A stretch of 64,000 nt of DNA, taken from assembly GCA_963665665.1 (NCBI GenBank), contig OY762428.1, positions 224,001 through 288,000 on the forward strand. The letters run 5' to 3'. This document shows, piece by piece, positions 28,101 through 37,220 of the stretch. Positions within the stretch are counted from its first letter, which is position 1; each line of letters starts with the position of its first letter. This stretch comes from Candidatus Kapaibacterium sp. GTDB taxonomy: Bacteria; Bacteroidota; Ignavibacteria; Kapaibacteriales; UBA2268. Made by a program: the position numbers and the translations under genes. Below the pieces are notes generated by a model. It saw only the letters and a program-made list of their open reading frames with translations. It searched no databases and was not told where the DNA came from.

Positions 28101-28242
28101 CGTCGAAATGCTTTGATTCAATATATTTCCAGTCGAATGTCTGGTATTGTACTTTGTTCTTGCCAAACTGAGCGTTAGCAGCAGATGTAAAAAGAGAAAT
28201 GGTTGCAAATATTACAAGAAAAGTTTTTAATAATTTCAACAT
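25117..28242 (-). CDS. Omp85/BamA-TamA superfamily protein with N-terminal zinc-peptidase-like domain and PD40 (TolB-like) beta-propeller
   Basis: QFGKNKVQY start; HELVH plus WMNEGLAE (gluzincin-type); SPNGEK/WSPDGK repeats; LRGF, EFRFP and terminal FSLGYDF barrel signal. Confidence 0.85.
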   Translation of the reverse strand: MLKLLKTFLVIFATISLFTSAANAQFGKNKVQYQTFDWKYIESKHFDVYFDAGSSYIAKYSANSAERALASIEETLNWKIRKRISMMVYNSHNEFQQTNVIMSFMPEGVGGVTELYKNRVVVPFQGDFSQLDHVIHHELVHAVLNDMLHGGSLQTSISTGGQAFLPIWMNEGLAEFESIGGMNTETDMFMRDLTISEYLPPLEYLSGYLAYRGGQTFYWYVADKYGPEKIGELITKFKINKNVEAAFRSAFNMKLEEFSEQWQKDLKKYYWTDLDVFDDPKDFAVAVTDHKKAGNFYNSSPAVSPNGEKVAFIADEEGLFGVFVQDIDNKESRQELVSSFRAQDFEDLNLLTPGISWSPDGKKIAISAKAGPEDAVFIVDADDGDYDKLTFGLKSISSVVWSPDGDKIAFVGTQDCRSDIFIYNINNKEYSKLTDDVFSDSYPVWANDSKSVFFISDREDNLASDIKPKQVQIWNHNVYSSDIYRIYLSDKKITRLTFDPDYQKTSIAVGPKDNRMLFVSDKNGIGNIYELNLKTNRIIPKTNSINGISQLSLTPDASKLLFNVQVNAGYDIYMIRYPFEKNLDIDTLPLTKFRQKQIENKEIINSVVIEDFDEQDDLKGYGDFDIEFSRQEIIKPNPDLQAMGTDSKDGKEAGLYDDSTFVIKDYKVKFSPDLILANPGYSTYYGMQGVTQMLFSDIMGDHQIFAQANLLTDLRNSSIYVGYYYMPEIIDYNFNAYHSAGYVRGLVPGYEETGNTTFYRFRNWGLGVTGSLPFDMFNRIEASLAWMNVSKENALPVSISGNPIEIEDQTRMMFVPEFRYVHDDVLWGNFGPAKGSRYFVGIKGTPKLTDKGIGFTTFKADFRHYIHVGAFMDIAVRGAGAASFGPNPQNFFLGGTENWINPNYTITTLPFENPEDFAFMEFVYPLRGFELAEKVGSKYFVSNVEFRFPLFRALLAGPVPILFQGVQGALFLDVGGAFNDDFKATYVDENGKRHPQDLMMSSGIGVRTYLLGMPVKMDVAWRNEFSNWSKPEYLFSLGYDF

Positions 28243-28430
28243 GGCTCAACTCCGCTTTTCCGATGATTCATACATTTTATGTATCTGATAATTTCACTTA
28301 TTCCTATTAATTTAGACGACACTAAAAAATAAAAAGTTTAATCAACTACTTACTGAAACCATCAATTAACTGTTATGACACATCAAAATGCAATTTTTCT
28401 ACTGATTTTATCTATGATTTTAAATATGAT

Positions 28431-28461
28431 AAAAAAAACCCGGGCTGAACCCGGGAATTTT
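28431..28461 (-). terminator. Intrinsic terminator after gcvPB
   Basis: A8-CCCGGG-CTGAA-CCCGGG-AATTTT. Confidence 0.7.
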
Positions 28462-28477
28462 CAATTATATCAAAATT

Positions 28478-29929
28478 TTATGCTTCTTCTTTCCAGCAAA
28501 CATTTAGTTTTCTGGCGGCCAGAGCATCATCCAGCCTGCGAACGGGAGTTGTCAGCGGGCTGTTTAGTACAGTATCAGGATCGTTTACAGCTTCTTCTGC
28601 AATTTTGATCATAACCTCGGCAAACTCGTTCAGGCCTTCTACAGTTTCAGTTTCAGTAGGCTCTACAAGCATGGCTTCGTGAACGATCAGCGGGAAATAG
28701 ATAGTAGGTGCATGATAGCCATAATCGAGTAATCGTTTTGCAACATCCTTGGTTGTTACGCCATTTTCTTTTTGTTTATCACCACTTAGAATAAATTCAT
28801 GCATGCAGTGTTCATCATAAGGTGCCAGATAATGGCCTTTCAATTTAGAGAAGAGGAAATTAGCATTGATAATTGCATTTTCGCTTACTTTCCTGATCCC
28901 TTTGGCGCCAAGAATCCTGATGTATGTATAAGCCCTTACCAGTACGCCGAAATTACCAAAGAATGTATGAACCTTACCAATTGATTTTGGCAGTTCTTCG
29001 TTTATATGATAAATATCACCGTCTTTCTCAATCTGGGGAACAGGAAGATATGGCTTCAGCCTTTCGCTTACACATACAGGTCCTGAACCGGGGCCGCCGC
29101 CGCCATGCGGTGTTGCAAATGTTTTGTGCAGGTTAATATGCACACAGTCAAATCCCATATCTCCGGGGCGGACAATGCCGAGGAGTGCGTTAAGGTTAGC
29201 ACCATCCATATACATCAGGCCGCCAGCATCATTCACAAGCCTGGCAATTTCTTCTATCTGGTATTCAAACAGCCCCAGAGTATTCGGATTAGTAAGCATG
29301 AATCCTGCAAGATCATCACCCAGTTTTGTTTTAAGGTCTTCAAGGTCCACCCTTCCGTCTTCCATAGATTTTACGGATTCAATAGTCATACCCGAAATTG
29401 TTGCGGAAGCAGGGTTTGTACCGTGAGCTGAATCCGGGATAAGGATCCTTTTTCTTTCAGGCTGGCCATGGTCGTGATGATAGGCTCTGAACATCATAAT
29501 TCCTGTAAATTCGCCCTGGGAACCGGCAGATGGCTGCAGGGTAACTCCCTGGAGCCCTGTAATTTCTTTCAGATAATCTCCCAGTTCGTACATAAGCCTT
29601 AAGGCTCCCTGTGCCTGTGTTTCATCCGAGCATGGATGCAGCCCGAGGAACTTAGGATGGCTTGCAGTATATTCATTTACTTTGGGATTATATTTCATTG
29701 TACATGAGCCAAGAGGATAGAGCCCCTTTTCAATGCAATGATTAAGATTCGACAATTTAACAAAATGCCTTGCAACTTCGCTTTCGCTAATTTCCGGCAA
29801 TGCAGCATCTTCTTTCCTGATAAGATTTTCAGGAATTTCGCTATTTATATCTACCTGGTCAATTTCCAATCTGGGTAATGTATAACCCTTCCTGTTTGGC
29901 CTGCTTTTCTCAAAAATCAACTTTTCCAT
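28478..29929 (-). CDS. gcvPB: Glycine dehydrogenase (decarboxylating) subunit 2
   Basis: [53 protein letters not shown] (PLP lysine). Confidence 0.97.
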   Translation of the reverse strand: MEKLIFEKSRPNRKGYTLPRLEIDQVDINSEIPENLIRKEDAALPEISESEVARHFVKLSNLNHCIEKGLYPLGSCTMKYNPKVNEYTASHPKFLGLHPCSDETQAQGALRLMYELGDYLKEITGLQGVTLQPSAGSQGEFTGIMMFRAYHHDHGQPERKRILIPDSAHGTNPASATISGMTIESVKSMEDGRVDLEDLKTKLGDDLAGFMLTNPNTLGLFEYQIEEIARLVNDAGGLMYMDGANLNALLGIVRPGDMGFDCVHINLHKTFATPHGGGGPGSGPVCVSERLKPYLPVPQIEKDGDIYHINEELPKSIGKVHTFFGNFGVLVRAYTYIRILGAKGIRKVSENAIINANFLFSKLKGHYLAPYDEHCMHEFILSGDKQKENGVTTKDVAKRLLDYGYHAPTIYFPLIVHEAMLVEPTETETVEGLNEFAEVMIKIAEEAVNDPDTVLNSPLTTPVRRLDDALAARKLNVCWKEEA

Positions 29930-30015
29930 GGTTTTACCAATTTAATTAACAAATATCGGCATGTTCATCTGCCGGCAAACAGTAAAATTCGAAATTAGCA
30001 ATTTCCGTTGTAATC

Positions 30016-30834
30016 TCAAATAAATTCGGAATTATTTTTTAAATAATTTAATCCGTCCTTTGCCGCACTTTGTTCGGCTTCCTTTTTACTACGTCCGGTT
30101 CCTGCACCAATAAGGGCACTTTCAACAAAAACCCCTACTCTGAATTCTTTCTGATGGTCGGGGCCGCTTTCATCCAGAACATTGTATGTTGGTGAAGGTT
30201 TGCCAGCCCCCTGGACTTTTTCGAGAAGTATACTTTTATAATTATCATCTTTCATTACCTGCTTTTGCAGCATTATCGGCACCAGGCTGTTAATTATAAA
30301 GCCTCTTGTCACTTCAAGCCCGGAATCAAGGTATATAGCAGCTATAACGGCTTCCAGGGCATCGGCCATAATAGATTCACTCCCTGATTTCATGGATTTC
30401 TCCGCGCTGAAGCTCAGCTGAATGAATTTATCAAGGCCGATCTTTCCGGCACAGAGCGCTAAAGTATGGCTGTTAACAAGCCATGAACGCATTTTTGTAA
30501 GCTCTCCTTCAAGGACGTTGGAATGCATTGAAAACAGGTAATCGGCAATTATCATTCCAAGAATGGAATCACCAAGAAATTCAAGCCTCTCATTAGAAAA
30601 ATAAGACGGGTCTTCCAGTATCTGTAAATACGACCTGTGTGTAAGGGCCTGTTCGAAATATTCAGTTTTCAAAATTTGTATGCCAAGGGCCTGTTCAAGC
30701 TCTTTTTTCTTCTCAAAATCTAAAAATCCAACCACAGGGAACATTCCGCTGTGATTGGATTTAAAAGAGAAGTATTTTCTGACCGGAAAGAATCGAAGAA
30801 TACCGTTATAAAATTGATTTACAATATCCTTCAT
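30016..30834 (-). CDS. rnc: Ribonuclease III
   Basis: ALTHRS, NERLEFLGDSILG, ADALEAVIAAIYLD, dsRBD with GPDHQK and SKKEAEQ; N-terminal extension so start uncertain. Confidence 0.96.
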   Translation of the reverse strand: MKDIVNQFYNGILRFFPVRKYFSFKSNHSGMFPVVGFLDFEKKKELEQALGIQILKTEYFEQALTHRSYLQILEDPSYFSNERLEFLGDSILGMIIADYLFSMHSNVLEGELTKMRSWLVNSHTLALCAGKIGLDKFIQLSFSAEKSMKSGSESIMADALEAVIAAIYLDSGLEVTRGFIINSLVPIMLQKQVMKDDNYKSILLEKVQGAGKPSPTYNVLDESGPDHQKEFRVGVFVESALIGAGTGRSKKEAEQSAAKDGLNYLKNNSEFI

Positions 30835-30855
30835 ATCATAATTCCATTTTAGTTT

Positions 30856-32118
30856 TTATTCTCCTTCGTATGCTTTAAAGCATAAGGTAGCATTATGGCC
30901 TCCGAAACCGAATGTATTGCTGATGGCAGCTTTTATTTCGGCTTTTTTGGGTTTGTTCGGAGTATAATCCAGATCACATTCCGGATCAGGGTTGAACAAA
31001 TTAATTGTTGGAGGAACCATACCGTTTTTCATAGCTAAAACAGTTGCAATTGCTTCCACAGCTCCTGCAGCACCAAGCATGTGGCCTGTCATGGATTTAG
31101 TTGAACTAAGAGCCATTTTATAAGCCCTGTCGCCAAATACTGTTTTCACAGCAGCAGTTTCTGTTTTATCATTGAAAGGTGTTGAAGTACCGTGCATATT
31201 GATATAATCAATATCATCAGGTGTAAGCCCTGCATCTTCGATTGCTTTCAGCATCGATCTTACAGCGCCTTCACCGCCTTCAACAGGCTGAGTTATATGG
31301 TATGCATCATCAGTAAGGCCTATGCCTGCAAATTCGGCATAAATTTCAGCGCCACGTGCTTTTGCATGTTCTTCTGTTTCAAGCACAAGAACACCAGAGC
31401 CTTCGGCCATCACAAAGCCGTCGCGTTCCTTATCGAAGGGCCTGCTTCCCGTAGCAGGATCATCATTGCGTGTGGATAAGGCCCTTAGAGCATTGAATCC
31501 GCCGACACCCATGGGGCAGATAGCAGCCTCGCTGCCGCCCACAACCATTACATCGGCATCTCCCCTTTGAATTATCATCAGGGCATCAGACAATGCATGA
31601 GATGAAGTGGCACAAGCAGAAACAGTTGCATAGTTCGGCCCTTTTAATCCCCATTTGATAGCTACCTGCCCGGAAGCAATATCAATGATCATCATGGGAA
31701 TAAAGAAAGGTGAAATCCTGTCTGGTTTTCCGCCCCTTTTCCAAAGCTGCTGCTGCTGCTCATGATAAGTAAGCATTCCGCCAATACCCGAACCAATAAT
31801 CACACCTGCTCTGTTACGGTCTGTTTTTTCAAAATCAATGCCCGAATCCTCGATTGCCATGGCCGAAGCAGACACAGCAAGCTGAGTAAACAAATCCATT
31901 TTACGGGATTCTTTGGGGTGCATGTGAAGAGAAGGATCGTAATTCTTTACTTCGCAGGCAAATTTTGTTTTATAATCCGTAACATCAAAACGGGTTATCA
32001 AATCAGAACCGCTACGTCCTTCCATCATCCCATTCCAAAACTCATCTGTTGAATTACCAACGGCATTAACTGTTCCCATGCCGGTAACAACAACACGAGG
32101 GAAATTGTATTTTGACAT
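30856..32118 (-). CDS. fabF: Beta-ketoacyl-ACP synthase II
   Basis: RVVVTGMG, VSACATSSH, HGTST, STKSMTGHMLGAAG, SNTFGFGGHN. Confidence 0.97.
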   Translation of the reverse strand: MSKYNFPRVVVTGMGTVNAVGNSTDEFWNGMMEGRSGSDLITRFDVTDYKTKFACEVKNYDPSLHMHPKESRKMDLFTQLAVSASAMAIEDSGIDFEKTDRNRAGVIIGSGIGGMLTYHEQQQQLWKRGGKPDRISPFFIPMMIIDIASGQVAIKWGLKGPNYATVSACATSSHALSDALMIIQRGDADVMVVGGSEAAICPMGVGGFNALRALSTRNDDPATGSRPFDKERDGFVMAEGSGVLVLETEEHAKARGAEIYAEFAGIGLTDDAYHITQPVEGGEGAVRSMLKAIEDAGLTPDDIDYINMHGTSTPFNDKTETAAVKTVFGDRAYKMALSSTKSMTGHMLGAAGAVEAIATVLAMKNGMVPPTINLFNPDPECDLDYTPNKPKKAEIKAAISNTFGFGGHNATLCFKAYEGE

Positions 32119-32153
32119 ATTCTCTCGTCAATATTTTATACAAAGACTTAAAA

Positions 32154-32393
32154 TTAACCGTTAGTTTTTTCCTGCAGGTAAGCTACTACGTTTCCAACGG
32201 TCTGGATTTTTTCAGCATCACTGTCGTCGATATCGATATCGAATTCTTTTTCAAATTCCATGATAAGTTCTACTGTATCAAGTGAATCTGCGCCAAGGTC
32301 TTTTGTGAAAGATGCTTCATCTGTGATCTGAGATTCTTCTACACCCAGTTTGTTCACGATAATTTCTGTTACTTTTTGTTTCAAGTCTGCCAT
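32154..32393 (-). CDS. acpP: Acyl carrier protein
   Basis: [20 protein letters not shown]; start set at ATG 32393. Confidence 0.97.
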   Translation of the reverse strand: MADLKQKVTEIIVNKLGVEESQITDEASFTKDLGADSLDTVELIMEFEKEFDIDIDDSDAEKIQTVGNVVAYLQEKTNG

Positions 32394-32462
32394 TTTTAAC
32401 ACTCCGTAATTATTTAAGTGTTGAACATAATATTATTAATTAAAGAAATAGAATTTTCTTCT

Positions 32463-33206
32463 CTACATTGCCAATCCGCCGTCAACATGGATTACCTGTC
32501 CGGTGACATAGGCCGCGTCCTCGGAAGCAAGAAATGCAACAACATTTGATATATCATCAGCTGTAGCAGCTCTGCGCAGAGGAATATTTTCAAGATATTT
32601 ATTTTGCTGTTCTTCTGTCAGTTCATCTGTCATAGCAGTTTGTACATACCCCGGAGCAACCAGGTTTGCGGTAATATTCCTTGACCCAAGCTCCTTGGCT
32701 ATTGATTTAGTAAAACCAATCATACCGGCTTTCGAGGAAGAATAATTACACTGTCCGGCATTGCCAATACTGCCAACAATTGATCCGATATTGATAATCC
32801 TGCCTTTGCGCTGGCTCATCATATTCCTGATCAATGATTTTGTAACAATGAAAGTTCCCTTCAGGTTTGTATTGATAACCGCATCCCATTGCTCGGCAGA
32901 CATTCTGAGAATCAGGTTGTCCCTGGTAATGCCGGCATTGTTAATAAGGATATCAATATTTTTGGATTCGCTGATAACCTGGTCGATTGCATTTTTTACT
33001 GACTCTTCGTTTGTGACGTCGCACTGAAGCGCAGTAATCATTTTCTGAAGTTCATCGTTTTCCGAAACGATGCCCTCTTCGGGAATAACATAATCAAGAG
33101 CATATACCCTTGCACCCTCTGATGCAAATCTTTCGGCTATGGCCTTGCCTATCCCCCGGCAACCACCTGTTACAACTACTCTTTTTCCAATAAATCTTTT
33201 ATTCAT
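32463..33206 (-). CDS. fabG: 3-oxoacyl-ACP reductase
   Basis: TGGCRGIG, NNAGITRD, YSSSK, in fab operon. Confidence 0.96.
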   Translation of the reverse strand: MNKRFIGKRVVVTGGCRGIGKAIAERFASEGARVYALDYVIPEEGIVSENDELQKMITALQCDVTNEESVKNAIDQVISESKNIDILINNAGITRDNLILRMSAEQWDAVINTNLKGTFIVTKSLIRNMMSQRKGRIINIGSIVGSIGNAGQCNYSSSKAGMIGFTKSIAKELGSRNITANLVAPGYVQTAMTDELTEEQQNKYLENIPLRRAATADDISNVVAFLASEDAAYVTGQVIHVDGGLAM

Positions 33207-33261
33207 AATATCAGCTTTTCGTTAATTGTTTCTGATAAATTTTTCAATATAAGAAAAAACC

Positions 33262-34185
33262 TTACACAATGGATTCAAAATCGGCAGATTTATCGAATCC
33301 GCCAAGTTCCAAACCTTTAACGGTTCTTTTTACTAAGCCCTGCAGAACATTGCCCGGGCCAAGTTCAACAAATTTAGAAACTCCGTCCTCGTTCATTTTT
33401 CTTACGCTCTGAGTCCACATTACAGGAGAAGTCAGCTGCAATATCAGAGCTTCCCTGATTTCGTTCTCATCTTTCAACGGCAAAGCGCTGACATTAGCGT
33501 AAACAGGAACTTTTGCTGTTTCAAATGTTATCTCGTTAATTGCTTTTTCAAGTTCTTCTTTTGCAGGCTGCATAAGCGGCGAATGAAAAGCTCCGCTTAC
33601 TACCAGTTCTTTAGCCATTCTGGCACCAGCTTCTTTGAAAGCTCCGATATTTTTACGCAAATAATCACGTGAACCGGATACGACTACCTGGCCTACAGAA
33701 TTATAATTTGCCGCCACAACTACGTTCCCGTCGCCTTTGTCGGTTAGTTCTTTTGATACTTCCGCAACTTTGTCGTCATCCATACCTATAACGGCAAACA
33801 TTGTTCCTGGCTCATGCTCACCGGCATTGAACATCAGGTTTCCCCTGAGAGATACCAGCCTGAGTGCATCCTCGAATTTAAGTACGCCTGCTGCATAAAG
33901 AGCAGCATACTCGCCAACTGAATGGCCTGCAACGGCATCAAATTCAATTTTATCTTTTATAAGTTCAAAAGCTGCTGCTGAATGAACAAAAAGAGCAGGC
34001 TGTGTGTATCTGGTTTCTTTTAAAGTTTCCAGCGGCCCTTCAAAGCATATTTCGCTCAATTTATAACCAAGGACTTCATCGGCCCTGTTAATAATTTCTT
34101 TTGCTTTGGGATAGTCTGTATAAAGGTCTTTCATCATGCCTACATACTGCGATCCCTGTCCTGAAAATACAAAAGCTGTTGTCAT
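33262..34185 (-). CDS. fabD: Malonyl-CoA:ACP transacylase
   Basis: FSGQGSQ, TQPAL, GHSVGEY, VSGAFHSPLM. Confidence 0.97.
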   Translation of the reverse strand: MTTAFVFSGQGSQYVGMMKDLYTDYPKAKEIINRADEVLGYKLSEICFEGPLETLKETRYTQPALFVHSAAAFELIKDKIEFDAVAGHSVGEYAALYAAGVLKFEDALRLVSLRGNLMFNAGEHEPGTMFAVIGMDDDKVAEVSKELTDKGDGNVVVAANYNSVGQVVVSGSRDYLRKNIGAFKEAGARMAKELVVSGAFHSPLMQPAKEELEKAINEITFETAKVPVYANVSALPLKDENEIREALILQLTSPVMWTQSVRKMNEDGVSKFVELGPGNVLQGLVKRTVKGLELGGFDKSADFESIV

Positions 34186-34198
34186 AATATTCCGTAAA

Positions 34199-35188
34199 TT
34201 ATTTATTCATATTCCATTTAAGCAATACGGAGCCCCATGTAAACCCGGCGCCAAAACTTGAAAGTACAAGATAATCGCCTTTTTGGATTTTGCCAGCCTC
34301 GTTCCATTCAGATAAACATATAGGAATCGTAGCGGCTGTTGTATTTGCATATTTATCAATATTTATCATAACTTTTTCTCTAACAAGCCCCATTCTTTTT
34401 GCAGTTGCTTCAATAATTCTGAGATTTGCCTGGTGGGGAACAAGCCATGAAATATCATCATGAGACAAACCATTGCGTTCCATAATTTCAGTGGATACGT
34501 CAGCCATTCCTTTTACAGCAGCTTTAAATACCGGCTGTCCGTCCTGGTGAATAAAATGTTTGCCGGCTTTAACAGTTTCTTCAGATGCAGGTTCGGCACT
34601 ACCGCCCGCAAATTGTTTCAGATATTGTCCGCCGTTACCGTCAATATGGGCGATAAAGTCACGCACACCACAATCATCATCATCAGATTTTTCAATCAAA
34701 GTTGCTGAACCACCATCACCGAACAAAACTGCCTGAGTTCTGTCGTTAAAATTGACGATGGAAGACATTTTATCGGCTCCGCAAAGAAGAACATTCCTGG
34801 AAGCACCTGATTCGACCATTTTTATGGCAGTGATAAGAGAAAATATATAACCGGAACAAGCAGCGGAAATATCAAATCCCCAGGCATTTTTGCATCCGAG
34901 TTTATCCTGAACGACTGCTGCTGTACAAGGAAACATGTGATCAGGAGTTACAGTACCAACAATTATTGTATCAACGTCCTCTTTAGCCAGTCCTCTTTCT
35001 GCCAGGCATTTTTCGGCGGCAGGGATAATAAGATCAGATGTAGCACCATCCTTTAAAAATCTTCTTTCGGAAATTCCGGTTCTTACTTTAATCCATTCAT
35101 CTGATGTATCCAGGTATTTTTCGAAATACGAATTTGGATAAACATCCTCGGGAACATAATGAGCTATTGATGTTATTGTTGCTGACAT
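34199..35188 (-). CDS. fabH: Beta-ketoacyl-ACP synthase III
   Basis: DTSDEWI..RTGI.ERR, AACSG, LFGDG, PHQANLRII, FGAGFTWG. Confidence 0.97.
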   Translation of the reverse strand: MSATITSIAHYVPEDVYPNSYFEKYLDTSDEWIKVRTGISERRFLKDGATSDLIIPAAEKCLAERGLAKEDVDTIIVGTVTPDHMFPCTAAVVQDKLGCKNAWGFDISAACSGYIFSLITAIKMVESGASRNVLLCGADKMSSIVNFNDRTQAVLFGDGGSATLIEKSDDDDCGVRDFIAHIDGNGGQYLKQFAGGSAEPASEETVKAGKHFIHQDGQPVFKAAVKGMADVSTEIMERNGLSHDDISWLVPHQANLRIIEATAKRMGLVREKVMINIDKYANTTAATIPICLSEWNEAGKIQKGDYLVLSSFGAGFTWGSVLLKWNMNK

Positions 35189-35189
35189 A

Positions 35190-36251
35190 TCATTTACCTA
35201 ACTGATTATTTTCTGACATTACCGGTGGATTCAAGGCAACATGAATTTTGCCGTTCAAATCATTATTCACTAAATCCGCGGCTCTATTGATCATTGATTT
35301 AATAGCTTTCGGGGATGATTTACCATGCCCGATAATCGAATTTCCGTTAACGCCGAGAAGAGGTACTCCGCCGAATTCCTCGTAATCAAATCCGCTCAGG
35401 ATCTTTTTAAGGAATGGAGCTACCATTAGTACCATAAGTTTGTTCAGGAAACTTTTTGATGCATAATCTTTAACGGCATATTTCAGGAAACCGGGAAAAC
35501 TTTCTGCAAATTTTAGCAGAATATTACCGGTAAATCCATCGCAAACAAAAACGTCGGCAGCCCCCTGAAGCATATCCCTTCCTTCAAGATTGCCAACAAA
35601 ATTTAATTCGCTGTCCTTAAGCATCTTATAAGTTTCTTTAACTACTTCTGTACCTTTGCTTTTTTCTTCTCCGATATTTATAAGGGCTATCTTCGGGTTT
35701 TCCACACCGAGAACCTGCCTGATATAAATACTTCCCATCACGGCAAATTCGTACAAGAAACGAGGCTTGCTATCGATATTAGCCCCAACGTCAAGTACCA
35801 AAGCCGGATAAGCTTTCTGGGTTGGAAAGAATGAACCGATTGTCGGCCTGCTAACGCCTTTTATCCTGCCAAGTAATACAGTTGAAGTCGAAAGCATAGC
35901 ACCGGTATTACCGGCTGAAATCACTGCATCTGCATATCCGTTGGCATGCAATTCAATTGCTTTGTACATCGAAGAATCTTTTTTCTTTTTAAGAGCGGCA
36001 GTTGGTTCGTCGTTCATTGTAACAACCTGGCTGGCATTAACAATTTCGAATAGGTTAACGTCAGCATCTGCCTGCTGAATCCCTGAACGTATTTTACCCT
36101 CGTTACCAACAAGGATAATCTCAAGATTTACATCAGGAATCTTCTCATTCAATGCCAGGACTGCACCCTGAATTTCATTAATCGGGGCAAAATCCCCGCC
36201 CATGGCATCTATTGCTATTCTTACCTTTTTTGGCAATTTATTTTCCAACAA
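35190..36251 (-). CDS. plsX: Phosphate acyltransferase PlsX
   Basis: IAIDAMGGDFAP, SAGNTGA, LDVGAN, NIGEEKSKG, DGFTGN, GHGKS. Confidence 0.96.
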   Translation of the reverse strand: MLENKLPKKVRIAIDAMGGDFAPINEIQGAVLALNEKIPDVNLEIILVGNEGKIRSGIQQADADVNLFEIVNASQVVTMNDEPTAALKKKKDSSMYKAIELHANGYADAVISAGNTGAMLSTSTVLLGRIKGVSRPTIGSFFPTQKAYPALVLDVGANIDSKPRFLYEFAVMGSIYIRQVLGVENPKIALINIGEEKSKGTEVVKETYKMLKDSELNFVGNLEGRDMLQGAADVFVCDGFTGNILLKFAESFPGFLKYAVKDYASKSFLNKLMVLMVAPFLKKILSGFDYEEFGGVPLLGVNGNSIIGHGKSSPKAIKSMINRAADLVNNDLNGKIHVALNPPVMSENNQLGK

Positions 36252-36277
36252 AGGAAATTAACAAAACAAAATACAAA

Positions 36278-36322
36278 ACCGAGACAATAAAAGGAATACA
36301 CTCCGATATTATTGCCTCCGGT
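36278..36322 (-). terminator. Stem-loop between rpmF and plsX (partial terminator or processing site)
   Basis: ACCGAGACAATAA / TTATTGCCTCCGGT stem followed by a U-rich run on the minus strand. Confidence 0.45.
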
Positions 36323-36369
36323 ATCCTAAAAATGTTGCACTCTCTTCTCTCATACTGCTAAGCCGGCCA

Positions 36370-36546
36370 TTAAGCGGATGCTACTACTTTTCTTCCGTTA
36401 TAGTAGCCACATTCCGGGCATGCTGCGTGAGAAATTTTTGTAGCGCCGCACTGAGGGCATGTATTTGTCTGAGTAGGAGTTGCCTTGTAGTGTGTACGCC
36501 TTTTGTCTCTGCGTGTTTTCGAAGTTTTTCTTTTCGGTTGCGGCAT
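36370..36546 (-). CDS. rpmF: 50S ribosomal protein L32 (Zn-ribbon form); missing from the ORF track
   Basis: Manual translation MPQPKRKTSKTRRDKRRTHYKATPTQTNTCPQCGATKISHAACPECGYYNGRKVVASA, 58 aa, between yceD and plsX. Confidence 0.97.
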   Translation of the reverse strand: MPQPKRKTSKTRRDKRRTHYKATPTQTNTCPQCGATKISHAACPECGYYNGRKVVASA

Positions 36547-36575
36547 TTTTCAATGACCTTTTAATGTGAAATAAA

Positions 36576-37091
36576 CTAATTCAATTTTATCTTTTTTAAC
36601 GCGTCCCAGCGGTCGTCAATCTCATCATCTTCATTTTCTGGTGAGAGATTCGGATATAATTCTTCCAAATCTTTATCAACAGCGTCCGGGGCAACCTTTT
36701 TCATCGGGATGCCCAGCATAAGTGATTCAACAACATCGCGGGTTATATCCACGTATTTTTCATCTTCCCTGATCACTCGTTCTTCATTATCTTTAATTTC
36801 CTCGGCATCCGGATCAATTCCAAATACCAGGTTATTGTCGGCAATGAATGAAAGTAGCAGTTCAGTTTCAATTTCCTGTTCAAATTCCTTCAGGGTTCGG
36901 TCGCAAACAAGCAACGCTTTGCACTTAGCCAAGCCTCTGAAAGAAAATCGATTAACAAGTTTGGTAAGCTTTCCTTTTACCAGTACATCACCGAAAAATT
37001 CGGGCACAATCCCGTCCTGTTCCTTAGCAGGAACCTTTAAATCTATCTCGTGTTGTCCGTCTTTTATGCCATGTACTAATATTCTAATCAT
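36576..37091 (-). CDS. yceD: YceD/DUF177 family protein
   Basis: CDRTL motif, D.RWDALKK end, canonical position upstream of rpmF. Confidence 0.88.
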   Translation of the reverse strand: MIRILVHGIKDGQHEIDLKVPAKEQDGIVPEFFGDVLVKGKLTKLVNRFSFRGLAKCKALLVCDRTLKEFEQEIETELLLSFIADNNLVFGIDPDAEEIKDNEERVIREDEKYVDITRDVVESLMLGIPMKKVAPDAVDKDLEELYPNLSPENEDDEIDDRWDALKKIKLN

Positions 37092-37220
37092 CGCTTTTTC
37101 TTCTTGTCAACCTCCAAAGCCTTCAAATATAATAAACAATTTATTTTTATGCAAGAAAAAACAATAGGGATACAAAGTGTATCCCTATTAATTTACAGAA
37201 AGTTTTCCACATTCCGGGAA

